From Nemertoderma westbladi (lineage: Eukaryota > Animalia > Xenacoelomorpha), in assembly GCA_032718475.1 (NCBI GenBank), contig JAUCBJ010008499.1, positions 69,589 through 133,588 of the forward strand: a DNA stretch of 64,000 nt, written 5' to 3'. Each line of letters starts with the position of its first letter. Positions within the stretch are counted from its first letter, which is position 1. This document shows positions 24,401-35,200 of the stretch, one piece after another. The position numbers were made by a program, and so were the translations under genes. Below the pieces are notes generated by a model. The model was not told the DNA's origin, ran no database searches, and saw nothing but the letters and a program-made list of their open reading frames with translations.

Positions 24401-25105
24401 GCTGTAAGATAAACAATAAACACCAATGCTAGAGCTGTAAGATAAACAATAAACACCAGGTTTAGCTAGAGCTGTAAGATGAACAATAAACACCAGGTTT
24501 AGCTAGAGCTGTAAGATGAACAATAAACACCAGTGCTAGATCTGTAAGATAAACAATAAACACCAATGCTAGTGCTGTAAGATAAACAATAAACACCAGG
24601 TTTAGCTAGAGCTGTAAGATGAACAATAAACACCAGTGCTAGATCTGTAAGATAAACAATAAACACCAGGTCTAGCTAGAGCTGTAAGATAAACAATAAA
24701 CACCAGTGCTAGAGCTGTAAGATAAACAATAAACACCAGGTCTAGCTAGAGCTGTAAGATGAACAATAAACACCAGTGCTAGATCTGTAAGATAAACAAT
24801 AAACACCAGTGCTAGAGATGTAAGATAAACAATAAACACCAGTGCTAGAGCTGTAAGATAAACAATAAACACCAATGCTAGAGCTGTAAGATAAACAATA
24901 AACACCAATGCTAGAGCTGTAAGATAAACAATACACACCAGGTCTAGCTAGAGCTGCAAGATAAACAATAAACACCAGGTCTAGCTAGAGCTGTAAGATA
25001 AACAATAAACACTAATGCTCTAGAGCTGTAAGATATACAATAAACACCAATGCTCTAGAGCTGCAAGATAAACAATAAACACCAGTGTACTAGAGCTAAA
25101 AGATA
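9461..25105. repeat. About 15.6 kb satellite of 33/35/37-bp monomers sharing the core TAGAGCTGTAAGATAAACAATAAACA, with higher-order duplications
   Basis: Monomers CACCAGTGC-core (33), CAGTAGTGCTC-core (35) and CACCAGGTCTAGC-core (37); length divided by unit gives roughly 450 copies. Confidence 0.98.
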
Positions 25106-25207
25106 AATAAAAAGTTTGCAAATCTGAGTCACTTTGAAAGTGAATATATAAATCGTCACACAATCAAGGAGTAAGCCTAGGTCTTCATAACACGGTACAA
25201 TACAGTA

Positions 25208-26031
25208 GGCCTACTGCATAGCAGGTTCACTCACCGACGCAGTAGACCCCACCCCTCCCCCTACTGTAGCAGGTTCACTCACCGACCCAGTAGACCCCAC
25301 CCCTCCCCCTACTGTATAGCAGGTTCACTCACCGACCCAGTAGACCCCACCCCCCCCCCCCCCTACTGTAAAGCAGGTTCACTCACCGACCCAGTAGACC
25401 CCACCCCACCCCCCTACTGTATAGCAGGTTCACTCACCGACCCTGTAGACCCCACCCCTCCCCCCCCTACTGTATAGCAGGTTCACTCACTGACCCAGTA
25501 GACCCCACCCCTCCCCCCTACTGCATAGCAGGTTCACTCACCGACCCAGTAGACCCCACCCCTCCCCCCTACTGTATAGCAGGTTCACTCAACGATCCGG
25601 GAATGCTCAGATAATGACTCCGACCCAGTAGAACCCACACCTCCCTCCTACTGTAAAGCAGGTTCACTCACCGACCCAGTAGACCCCACCCCCCCCCCCC
25701 CCCCCCTACTGTATAGCAGGTTCACTCACCGACCCAGTAGACCCCACCCCTCCCCCTACTGTATAGCAGGTTCACTCACCGACCCAGTAGACCCCACCCC
25801 TCCCCCTACTGTATAGCAGGTTCACTCACCGACCCAGTAGACCCCACCCCTCCCCCCTACTATATATCAGGTTAACTCACCGACCCAGTAGACCCCACCC
25901 CTCCCCCTACTGTATAGCAGGTTCACTCATCGACCCAGTAGACCCCACCCCTCCCTCCTAATGTATAGCAGGTTCACTCACCGACCCAGTAGACCCCACC
26001 TCTCCTGCCACTGTATAGCAGGTTCACTCAC
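25208..26031. repeat. About 50-57 bp minisatellite (TACTGTATAGCAGGTTCACTCACCGACCCAGTAGACCCCACCCCTCCCCC), about 15-16 copies
   Basis: Directly visible; the last copy contains the real exon donor. Confidence 0.95.
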
Positions 26032-26187
26032 CGATCCGGGGAGGCTCAGATAATGACTCCTCCTTGGTCTCAACTTTAACGGTCGACGAATGAGTTAAAT
26101 CCGGGCCAGTTCGGCGGATAATCATCTCAATAGTTCCCACAGTTTCCGAAACATTAAATTTGGACTTCATGAACTCTAACATTGGAA
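26032..26187 (-). CDS. FREM2: FREM2-like exon (first half of a Calx-beta repeat); most 5' exon found
   Basis: tag|TT CCA ATG TTA GAG TTC to CGG ATC G|gtgagt; PMLEFMKSKFNVSETVGTIEMIIRRTGPDLTHSSTVKV resembles recalled FREM2 WRTGTDLSKSSSVTV; joins 9471 in frame (I-A-L-A-L-E-D-Y). Confidence 0.85.
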
Positions 26188-26462
26188 CTATAATGTAGAA
26201 CGAAATACTTAGTCATCATTATATTATATTTAATATGCCTTTACTTTTATTAGTAAAGTAACACACTGCTTTTACAATGTGCTCATCAGCGTGGTTTGTT
26301 ACAAAATGAACGTATAAGTGAATGAAATTACATAGCGCTGTTAGTATTATCAGCGAGTAGTTAGATCACTGCAAAATTCAAGAGGTCAGCATATCACATT
26401 ACAGCTGAGTATTTAATAGTGAAGTAATGTGGTGAGGAAATTTACAGTGAAAGTGAAAGAAC

Positions 26463-27260
26463 CTGGGGGGTGTTTCACGTACCTTCATTTAATTTAGTTT
26501 AAATGACAGGAAGTTTTTGTGTTTCACAAAACTTTCATTTAAGCACCATTTATCCATCCTGTCATTTAACTTAAAATGGTATCATTTACGTAATTAGGTC
26601 TAATTTAATCTCATTAACATAATTAGCCGTAATAATTAACCGTATAGCTTAATTAGTAGCTGCTTGTAGATTGTGGTAGATATTTTCCACCTCCTCTACA
26701 GGGGCAACACTAGTTGGAGAGTAGCACACAATCAGAACCACCTTAGGAAACTTATTAGCCAGTCTTCCAGAACATGAGAAGTGGCAACAGATGAGATTTG
26801 TAGGTTTTTTAGATTTTAGATTTTTAGAGATTTGGTCTATTTTGTCCAATGCTGCATGTGCAGTTGGATTCATCAATAGACGAATTCCACCATTGCCACT
26901 ATCATCTGCTGATGCGAGGGCGAGTCGCCAACCGCCCCCCATGTCCTTAATCAGAACCTCATCAGTCTGTCCAGTCTGCATTCGGTGCTCTTGAACACCC
27001 ACTGCGCTAAGAGAAAGCTTATCTGCCAAGGCAGTCAGCTCACCTTGTCGCATTGGGGACCCGAGTGTTAGGGTGTTTACTGTGGCTAGTCCAGTGACTT
27101 GCCTTAGATTCACCAATGGCTTTGTTGGTCGGGGTGGAACATGAGAGTAGCCTCCAACTCCAGAATTTAAATAAATTATACTTCGTGAAACACACATTTA
27201 TTAAATTATATTTTATTTACATTAATTTAGTTAAATGACGGTACGTGAAACACCCACCAG
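26463..27260. mobile_element. Non-autonomous TIR element (PIF/Harbinger-like MITE)
   Basis: CTGGGGGGTGTTTCACGTACC.TCATTTAA at left is the reverse complement of TTAAATGACGGTACGTGAAACACCCACCAG at right; the CWG ends recall Harbinger targets. Confidence 0.65.
26655..27130 (-). pseudogene. LINE (RTE-like) AP-endonuclease fragment
   Basis: LATVNTLTL..VGVQEHR..GNGGIRLL..LIVCYSPTS..VENIYHNL follow the N-terminal motif order of APE domains. Confidence 0.75.
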
Positions 27261-28082
27261 AAACATTGAATCACACTACGGTTGTCGTGGCAATATCAAC
27301 AAACAAAAAATGTAAATAAATTGAAATTCTAGCTATACTGTATAACCAACTCTCACATTTGTACCGGTCACTACTTTTCCTACTTCGATGTTCATATTAA
27401 ATCCTATAAAATGGGAGACATTCCATGATACTCTACAGTATAACATACTGGACATTGGATTTTCAGGTGGCATAACTTTGTGTTAAACAAACAACCAAGG
27501 ATTCTTGCACATAAAATGAAGAGGAAGATTATTGAGAGGAGTGGAAATATTGTCCGAGAGTCGACGCATCTAACGCTTCCCTTAAAGAAAGTTAAAGAAT
27601 CCTTTTATAGATAACAAAAGATTTGCTTCCTGCCAAACCTGATCCTATTATTGTTGGCGAGTGAATTTAATCAACTAGAGAGCGGTGAAGGATAGGAAAG
27701 TGGTCGCAACATATAACAATTTGCTGAATTAATCTTCTCCAAGGCCAACATACATGGTTCTTGTGAGTTGAGTGGATACAGAGGTGACTTACTCTATTCA
27801 TTTAACCACGCACTTCAATATGTAAACATTAAATTCATTTAGTTAGATTGGAAATGCGGGGTTCGAAATTCACGCCTTGAATAATCCAACTGGATTAGTC
27901 GACAATATACAGATAATGGAACTTTGGAACACCAACATAATATAGGAAAACTAGGTTATTAATTCTATAAAACCCACTGCTAAAAAAATGATGTTTTTAA
28001 TTCTAAAAAAAACAAGGGGACGTGTCAAGTTGTTACATTATTATAACTATTGTTGGACACAGCTTTGCAAAGTCGGCAATGA

Positions 28083-28136
28083 TGTCCAGGTGGGATCGAA
28101 CTGGTGACCTCCGCGTTGGCAGTCTGACGCTCTAAC
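28083..28136 (-). mobile_element. tRNA-derived SINE head or tRNA pseudo-fragment
   Basis: Minus strand GTTAGAGCGTCAGACTGCCAACGCGGAGGTCACCAGTTCGATCCC has a B-box (GTTCGATCC); no complete acceptor stem. Confidence 0.5.
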
Positions 28137-28191
28137 AGAGCGTCAGATGAGAGCTAGCGGCTCAGGTAAAAGATAGACCTGGAAATACTAC

Positions 28192-29331
28192 ATGATACCT
28201 TGTATGTCCGCAATTTACCTCCTCATAGTCCCACAAGAAATGAAAACAAATAAGTTGGTGCCAGTTCCCAAGAAGGGCAACCTAACACTCTATGGTTCTT
28301 TTCGGAGAATCTCATTGATCTCGATTGCTGCAAAGCTATACAATAGAATTATATTAACTCGCATCAGGGATCCCATTGAGAGGCTGCTTCGTGGAAATCA
28401 GAATGGGTCCCGTAAAGGTAGTTGGGTCCATGGAGCCCATTTTGGCACTTAGAAGGATAATTTAAGAATTATAAAAAACTGTTATCTTTGTTGACTTCTC
28501 CAAGGCATTTGATTCAGTCTCTCGCTCACGTATGTTCAGTATACTTTCATTATATGGGATTCCTGATTAAATTATAGCAGTAATCCGATCAGTATACCAT
28601 GGTTAAACAACATTTGTGTCTACTGTTGACGGTGACACAGAACCATTTGAAGTGTTATGGGGAGTCTTCCAGGGAGACACACTTGCACCATTCTTGTTCA
28701 TAATTGTGGTTGACTATGTTCTACGCATGTTGCTGATGACTTAGGAGAACTCTCAGAATCACTAGAGGGAGCCCAACGGCTCCTCAGCTCATTATAACAT
28801 GCTGCTTCTAGTATAATATTGGTCTTTTTATTAACTCCAAAAATACCAAAATTTAGACAGTTAACTTTGAAAGTCATCAGCAAGTCTCTGACCGGATGAG
28901 CATAAGCTCAAAGGATGGTATGCTTGAGCATGTGGACGACTTCTGTTACCTGGGATCATGGATATGGAAGTCAGGTGAGGACCTTCGAATACGTAAGGGA
29001 TAGGCATGGGCAGCCTTGAATAGGCTTTCCAGGATTTGGAAGTCACCGAAAATTAATCGGAAACTTAAGGTCCGGTTATTTAGAGCAGCAGTAGTTCCAG
29101 TACTCCTCTATGGGAGTCCATGCTGGGCTCTAACTGCTGAGGACACCAAATCTCTGGACGGCACATTCACAAGAATGCTACGCCGGGTTCATTGTGTCAA
29201 GTTCAATGCACACATCTCCAACCAGACACTATATAACATTGGAGGTGTCTCATTGGTTCCCCCAAGCTTGACACTAGAACAAAATCGCCTCCGCTTTGCA
29301 GGACATTGCTTTCGCCGTGAGGACCAGGCAG
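28192..29331 (+). pseudogene. Degenerate RTE-type LINE reverse transcriptase, truncated by the LTR
   Basis: PVPKKGNL..RRISLISIAAKLYNRI, FVDFSKAFDSV (about 28487), GVFQGDTLAPFLF (about 28660), KVRLFRAAVVPVLLYGS..W and RLRFAGHC; contains stops and frameshifts. Confidence 0.9.
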
Positions 29332-31529
29332 TGTGATAAACAACCGCGACCTCTATACTAACAGCAGAACTGTTGAACAGACCAATACCCGTTAATATCC
29401 TTCTGCCAACCTAATAAGTTCTCGTCTAACCAATAAGACACAAAGACTGCTCTACTGTTAAGTAAAGGGGCTCAGGAGCGTGATATTACTAAATTGTAAG
29501 GGTTGCTAAATACAAGACCGCTACTTACCGTTAGATGGCGCTAATCTGCCGTCCGCTAATATATTTACTAATTTTTACACAACTCCTGCAAAATCGCTTG
29601 TTCCTTTCTCTACCGATTGCTCAATAGAGAGCTAACTGTTCGAATCTATGAGCCACGCAGGAATAACCAAAACAATAAACCTGAGTCGGCTCCCTAAGCT
29701 TACTTAAGACGAGTGCGAGAGGCCTTGCACTCAGAGTATTCTTACGCCTAATTCTATCACTTATTAAAGCACGCTATTACCTACGTCTTTCTAATCGCGA
29801 ATACTGGAGGTTCCCTAACGTAATGTGTGAATGCGAGAATATTTAAATATCAAAAATGGTACAGTAATTGTCTCTCGTGGATAGTACCACTCTGGGTCTA
29901 AAATTGCCTGCAGCTGGCTTTAGGCCAGCAAATCACTAGCGTTTCGTGCGTACTGAATAGTGTGTTCTAGCTGATTGCCCGCTAATGCAAATAACCGCTT
30001 AGCGTGAATAGTTTACAGTACTCTAATTATTACTTTAGCTACTCTCCGCTATGCTGCGTACTAATTCTTAATTTTTTACTAATCAATTACAGTCACAAAT
30101 ATTTAACAGCGTACTAATTACTAAGAGTTCCAGAATACGTAATTCTAATTTATTACGCAACAAGTTTCGCTAGTAATAGCCTAAATTTGCCGTATTACTT
30201 TGACCTAATCAGTAACTAATTGTTGTAACTAAGAAATAGAAATCAATCAAAGAGAAAAGAGCGCCTACCTAAACATTCACAATCATAGGCACACTTCAGT
30301 AACACACCAATCAGCATCAGCAATCACAGTTCGCAATTATGCAGTTAACTACTGTATAGCCCACAATTATGCGACTCACTATTCGTACTACACGCTCAAC
30401 GTTCGAAACGTTTTGATACGTGCAGGCCTCTCCCGGATACATATAGGACTCCTAACTAACCTGATTCCCGCCCCCCTAATACTAAATAGAGACGAAACCT
30501 GGATCATCAGCCCCCTAACTACTGTACCGGCGATTGGTCTGCGTACCACAGCGTTAACTTCCCGACCGCAACGGTGACCCCACGCCAGCGTTGCTCGCTT
30601 TGAATCCTCCGCTCTCCCTTAGTCGCCCAACCCCCCGATGTGCCCACCGCCCGCTGGCGCCTTAGCCCTCCATTACGCTAATAGCTACCGTAGCGGCGCA
30701 TGCAAATCACAAAGTCTGACAGTCTCAGGAATCCCTTAGGATTATTGCGCAGAAAAGAATCACATAGAACCATTAATCAAAAGGTAGAAATCATAGTTCA
30801 GTTGTAATTAGCAGTAATCGAAGGAATTATTGAGAAACACAAGCAAGTAATCGCACTAGCAAATCATTCACGAAATTAATCAAATTAGCAAATTGCAGAA
30901 AGTATAAGTATCAAGAAAAAACAGCAAGACAGGTGCTAGGGCTAGGTGTCATGTGATGAGTTGTGAGGCTCTACCGGCACACCGCCAATTTATAGGTGAT
31001 CCGGATGGGGTGATGCAATAGGGTGACTCAATCGCTTTCTTATTGGCTCTCCAGTCCGTGCTAGCACTAGACCAACCTGGAAGCAGCTAGTCCAATAAGG
31101 AGGCCGGATTGTAGCCCTATTTGCTCCCCTTCCTCGAATTATTACCATATATGGTAATGGTTCACGTCTCTGGCTGCTGAATGGCCAGGACAGCGTCCCT
31201 ATATGCTAGCCCTACTAAAGCTAATATCAGCAAGCACGGAATCCAGGGTCCGAATAAACTTACCCTGGAACTATCTACATATAACCTAATACAAAATTAC
31301 GTAGGTAGGGCTACATACTATACAAAATGGATGGATTCAAATATATGGGTGTTTCGATTTCCCTATCTAAATACCACTGCGTTATTATGCCTTATCTAAA
31401 ATATCATGCTGCACAACGGACTAATATTACATACAGTATAACGGACTAATATTGCATACTGCATAACGGACTAATATTGCATACTGCATGATGACTAATA
31501 TTATGGATACAGCGCCATATACCGTAACA
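29332..31529 (-). repeat. 3' LTR
   Basis: Direct repeat of 46180-48401; plus-strand ends TGTGATAAAC...CCGTAACA; short purine-rich tract TTGGAGCGG immediately upstream on the minus strand (31530-31538). Confidence 0.93.
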
Positions 31530-32228
31530 CCGCTCCAAGGGAAATCATACAATGTTTCCCTCCAATTGTAGAAGAGTATAAGGTGATGTATACAAAACAA
31601 AATAAATTTCTTCCAACCAATCTAAATAACATAATAATTCTACTATTTACAAATATTGCCATAGATATTGCATAATGAATTTACATACAAATTAAAATTA
31701 CAAAATACTGTTTCTCGTTCGTTCTACATAATGATTACTACATACAAATTAAATTACAAAATATTACTTCCTTTATTTACTTACAAATTGACGATCTACA
31801 TATTGAAATGAAACATGGCTAGGACAATGTCCCCCATTTCCCATCTCAAATTAACAAGCAATATTAACAAGATAAACTAAATATAAACGTATTTGAGGCT
31901 AAATTTTTTAACTAAATTGCATTAAAGGCCGATAATCAAATTAAATATAAAATACGTAATAATTTCTTTCATTTTCGGACTTTACTTAATTTCTTATAAA
32001 AAACGCAAATCATCTTGGTTTGATGATTGCTAGGACAAGTGAAAGGAGTAAGCCAAACCCGCAGGTTTGTCTCCCCAATCACTTCCTTCGCCTCTCTCAT
32101 AATATAAATTCAAATAATTATGCAACTAGTGTATATGAGTCTAGTCGGATATTTCTAAAATGCTACAATATACATCAGAGCGACGATGATGTATATATCT
32201 AGAGTCTGTCGCCCTGTGATACGATGCA

Positions 32229-35200
32229 TTAACAACCCGCTCCTGGGTTCTTCGGGCTCGCTCCTCTCTTTCGCCCTCTGCCCAGATACACCAGTCGTCC
32301 TCTAGTCGACTCTGTTGACGGCGTCCGTGAGGCGTCACTCCCCGGAACCGACGACGACGTTCCCTGAGCCCCGACAGACTCTCGGCTCGAACTTCTCCCT
32401 CGGCCTCGTCCCAATTGTCGCGCTCCCGTGGTCGCTTCCGCCAACTCTTCCTTCTGCAGTTGCACACGCGCTTTCTCAGACGCCCCCTGCGCCTTGCGCT
32501 GCAACCGCTGCGCTTCTATAATCGAATGGTAGTGGTCGTCCTTGACTTGACGCTTGTCTCGGACCTCTCCTCCTGGTTCTTTCCGCGAGCCTCGCGCTCC
32601 AGCGGTCGTCGCTGTGGTCGCTGCGATCCTTTGCTCTTGTATCCTCTCAGCGGTCAATGAACCCACTGGCACATGAGTCAACAAGAATTCGTTGCGGTAC
32701 TGTATAGCCGCCATCCTCCAATCTCCTCGCGCGCGTACCACCTTTCTAGTCTCCGTAAATACACCCTTCGTAATGCGATCGCAAATGGCAACGAAGTTCC
32801 ATGTGTACTTATTGTCCATGTTCAATTGTCTGAAGTACTCTCGAACTACGATAACTCCAGTGTTCTGTGGAAGGTCTTGAGCAGTTAGGATGAGCTCCTG
32901 ATATTGTGGTAGCGATTGTAAATATGGCTCGTACGCAACATGCGATGGGTCTACCGCCCAAAACCCATATCCTGCCTTAAATGGTAACCAACGCATCTGC
33001 GCTTGAATATGGTAATCGGCCACACCCTCCCACTTATCTAACATCTCCCGAAGTAGGTTAGCGCTATGGTTTTGAAAGGAATCATCTCGCAGCTGACATC
33101 TTGCGCTACGATGTCCCTTTACCCCGCAATATCCGCATTGAGAAATGAAGACGGTGCACGTGTGAAACGAATGGTCGGTCTCATTACACCAACGGCAGAC
33201 CTTATGCGCCGCCTCTATTACCGCGTCGCACGACTTTAGATTGTGCCTTGTGCTGCCGCACAATTTGCACCTACGCGCTTGTGGAAACCAGGCCCTCTCG
33301 TATATGAGGTCTCCAATCGGTTTCGCACTTCCTTCCTTCCCAATGTCTAATACGATGTCGTCCTCTCCAGTCAACGGTTGTCGATCCGGAACAAAGTAAA
33401 CATCCTCGCCCTTATCCTCTATCTCCAATATTTCCTCCCGCGTTCGTTTCGGATATGTCTTCTCCACCGGAAGATCTACTCCGAACACCTCTACTAACGT
33501 TTCCGGCCAGCCCTCCTTAACAGGTCTATCAGCCTCCGAGTGGAAGGGAGTACCAAACCCGCGGGTTTGATTCCCGAACCACTTCTCCAAAGCTTCTGGC
33601 GTCGGATATTCCATCGACGGTCGGTCTCCCAAATCTCCGATGTTCTGTCGATATACTCCTTCGAATATCGCTAATCCTCTCCTCACCATCGACGTATTCT
33701 CTAACGATTGGTTGAAGAACGGGGTTAAGAAACGCTTCATCACGTCGGATTGGATTCCCCCTTTCGAGCGAACGTATTGATCTCCTCCGAATACCAATGG
33801 ATGACGCTTCAAAACTCGCGCAACGATATCCGCTAATAAACAAGTCACCGTGTTCGACTCAAGCACCAAATAATATTGTAGCGACGCACGGGGTGGCGCG
33901 CAAATGTTCCAATACACTAACGCTTGCCGCTTGAAGTGGGATTTGAACTCCGCTCCCGGTGGCGTGTTGTATTCGCCATACGCCTCCTCGTACTTCTTCT
34001 GCGTCTTCAACTTAAAGTCCCAATTATACAACAAGTGTGCTATAAAGCCCATACCTGTCTTGGCAGAGTTGGGATACTCCCTATAAATTCCAATATCCTG
34101 TGCCCATAGCAACAATAGCTTGGTGTCGACAAACGGTCTAGGCAATCTATCTTCCAGATCAGTCATGGCGTTGAAGTCGCTCTCCAAATCGCTCTGGACT
34201 CCCGATCCCACCTTGACGTAATCTTGGTTGAGAATAGCCTCTCTAACTTTCTTGGGTAACATCCTGGCGTCGATACGCTCCGCTCCGTGCATACCTCCTC
34301 GCCTGCATACCTCCAAAATCTGTTCCCTAGGATCCTTCCCTTTCCGATATTGTGTCGTTATGATGGGCTCCGGTCTCTCTCGATCCGCCCTCACACGCAT
34401 AAACACATGAGTCACACCATCGGCCGCACGAATTTGAATACACTTGCTAGTCAAGCATTCCTGATGGGACCCTCCTTCATTGTCGTAGAACATCACTCTC
34501 CAATCCTGCAGTGATTCCTCCGTCTTCCTCCACTGACGCTGAATCTCATCTGATGGGGTCCACATGCGCTCGATCGCCTTGTGGTCATCATATCGGGTAT
34601 AAGAACCCTTCCTCCTCAGCCACGTCTGGTCTACCTCCTCGTCATCTGGGAATGTAGCCACCGCGACCCATACCTTGATGTACTTATCCAACCATCCGAA
34701 TAACTTACTCTCCTTCCCCGGAGCTCCAATCTTATCCAACGTGTCGTAATCTGTGATCTGCATTGGGACATCACGCAAGAACTTCGCGCATAAAACTTCC
34801 CGTAAACAGTCAACGTTCCAATGGTCCGCCATTCTTACCATCGGCAAGAATCGTATCGCTTCTCGCGACTCCGGATGATCTACTAATATCGCAGGTTCGG
34901 TGCCGTCGGAATAATACACCGGTCCGGGTTGAGATACGACCTGTGGAACAAATCCGGTCACTCTCCTCGTCTCCTCTTGATGTCTATCCGCGGTCTTATT
35001 ATACTCTGCTATCCTGTTCTCAAATAACTCCTTCGCCTTCGCCGCTCGCTCCTCCTGCCGCAACGCGTCTATGTCGTCCTGATGCTCAGGCGTGAGGCTT
35101 CTCACTCGGTGAGGTGAAGTAAACGCAGTCCAGGGACTCGAGAGCTCCAAACCCGCGGGTTTGGTACCCGAGTCCCGCGCCGCTTCGCGCCGCGCCTCTA

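Noticed and set aside
9472-25105. CRISPR-like array (constant core with variable linkers) or membrane-protein ORFs
   Set aside because: The linkers are only a few recurring 7-11 nt variants, there are no unique spacers or cas genes, the context is a eukaryotic intron, and the ORFs are repeat translations.
9472-25105. Recursive splicing sites
   Set aside because: The monomers read AG|CT, not AG|GT, so no donor is regenerated after splicing.
28083-28150. Functional tRNA-Gly(GCC) gene
   Set aside because: The 5' acceptor stem and A-box region are replaced by a short inverted duplication, so no cloverleaf can form.
31181-31399. 72-aa ORF present twice (also 48053-48271)
   Set aside because: It is a copy within the identical U3 parts of the LTRs, antisense to the element, with no recognisable motif.
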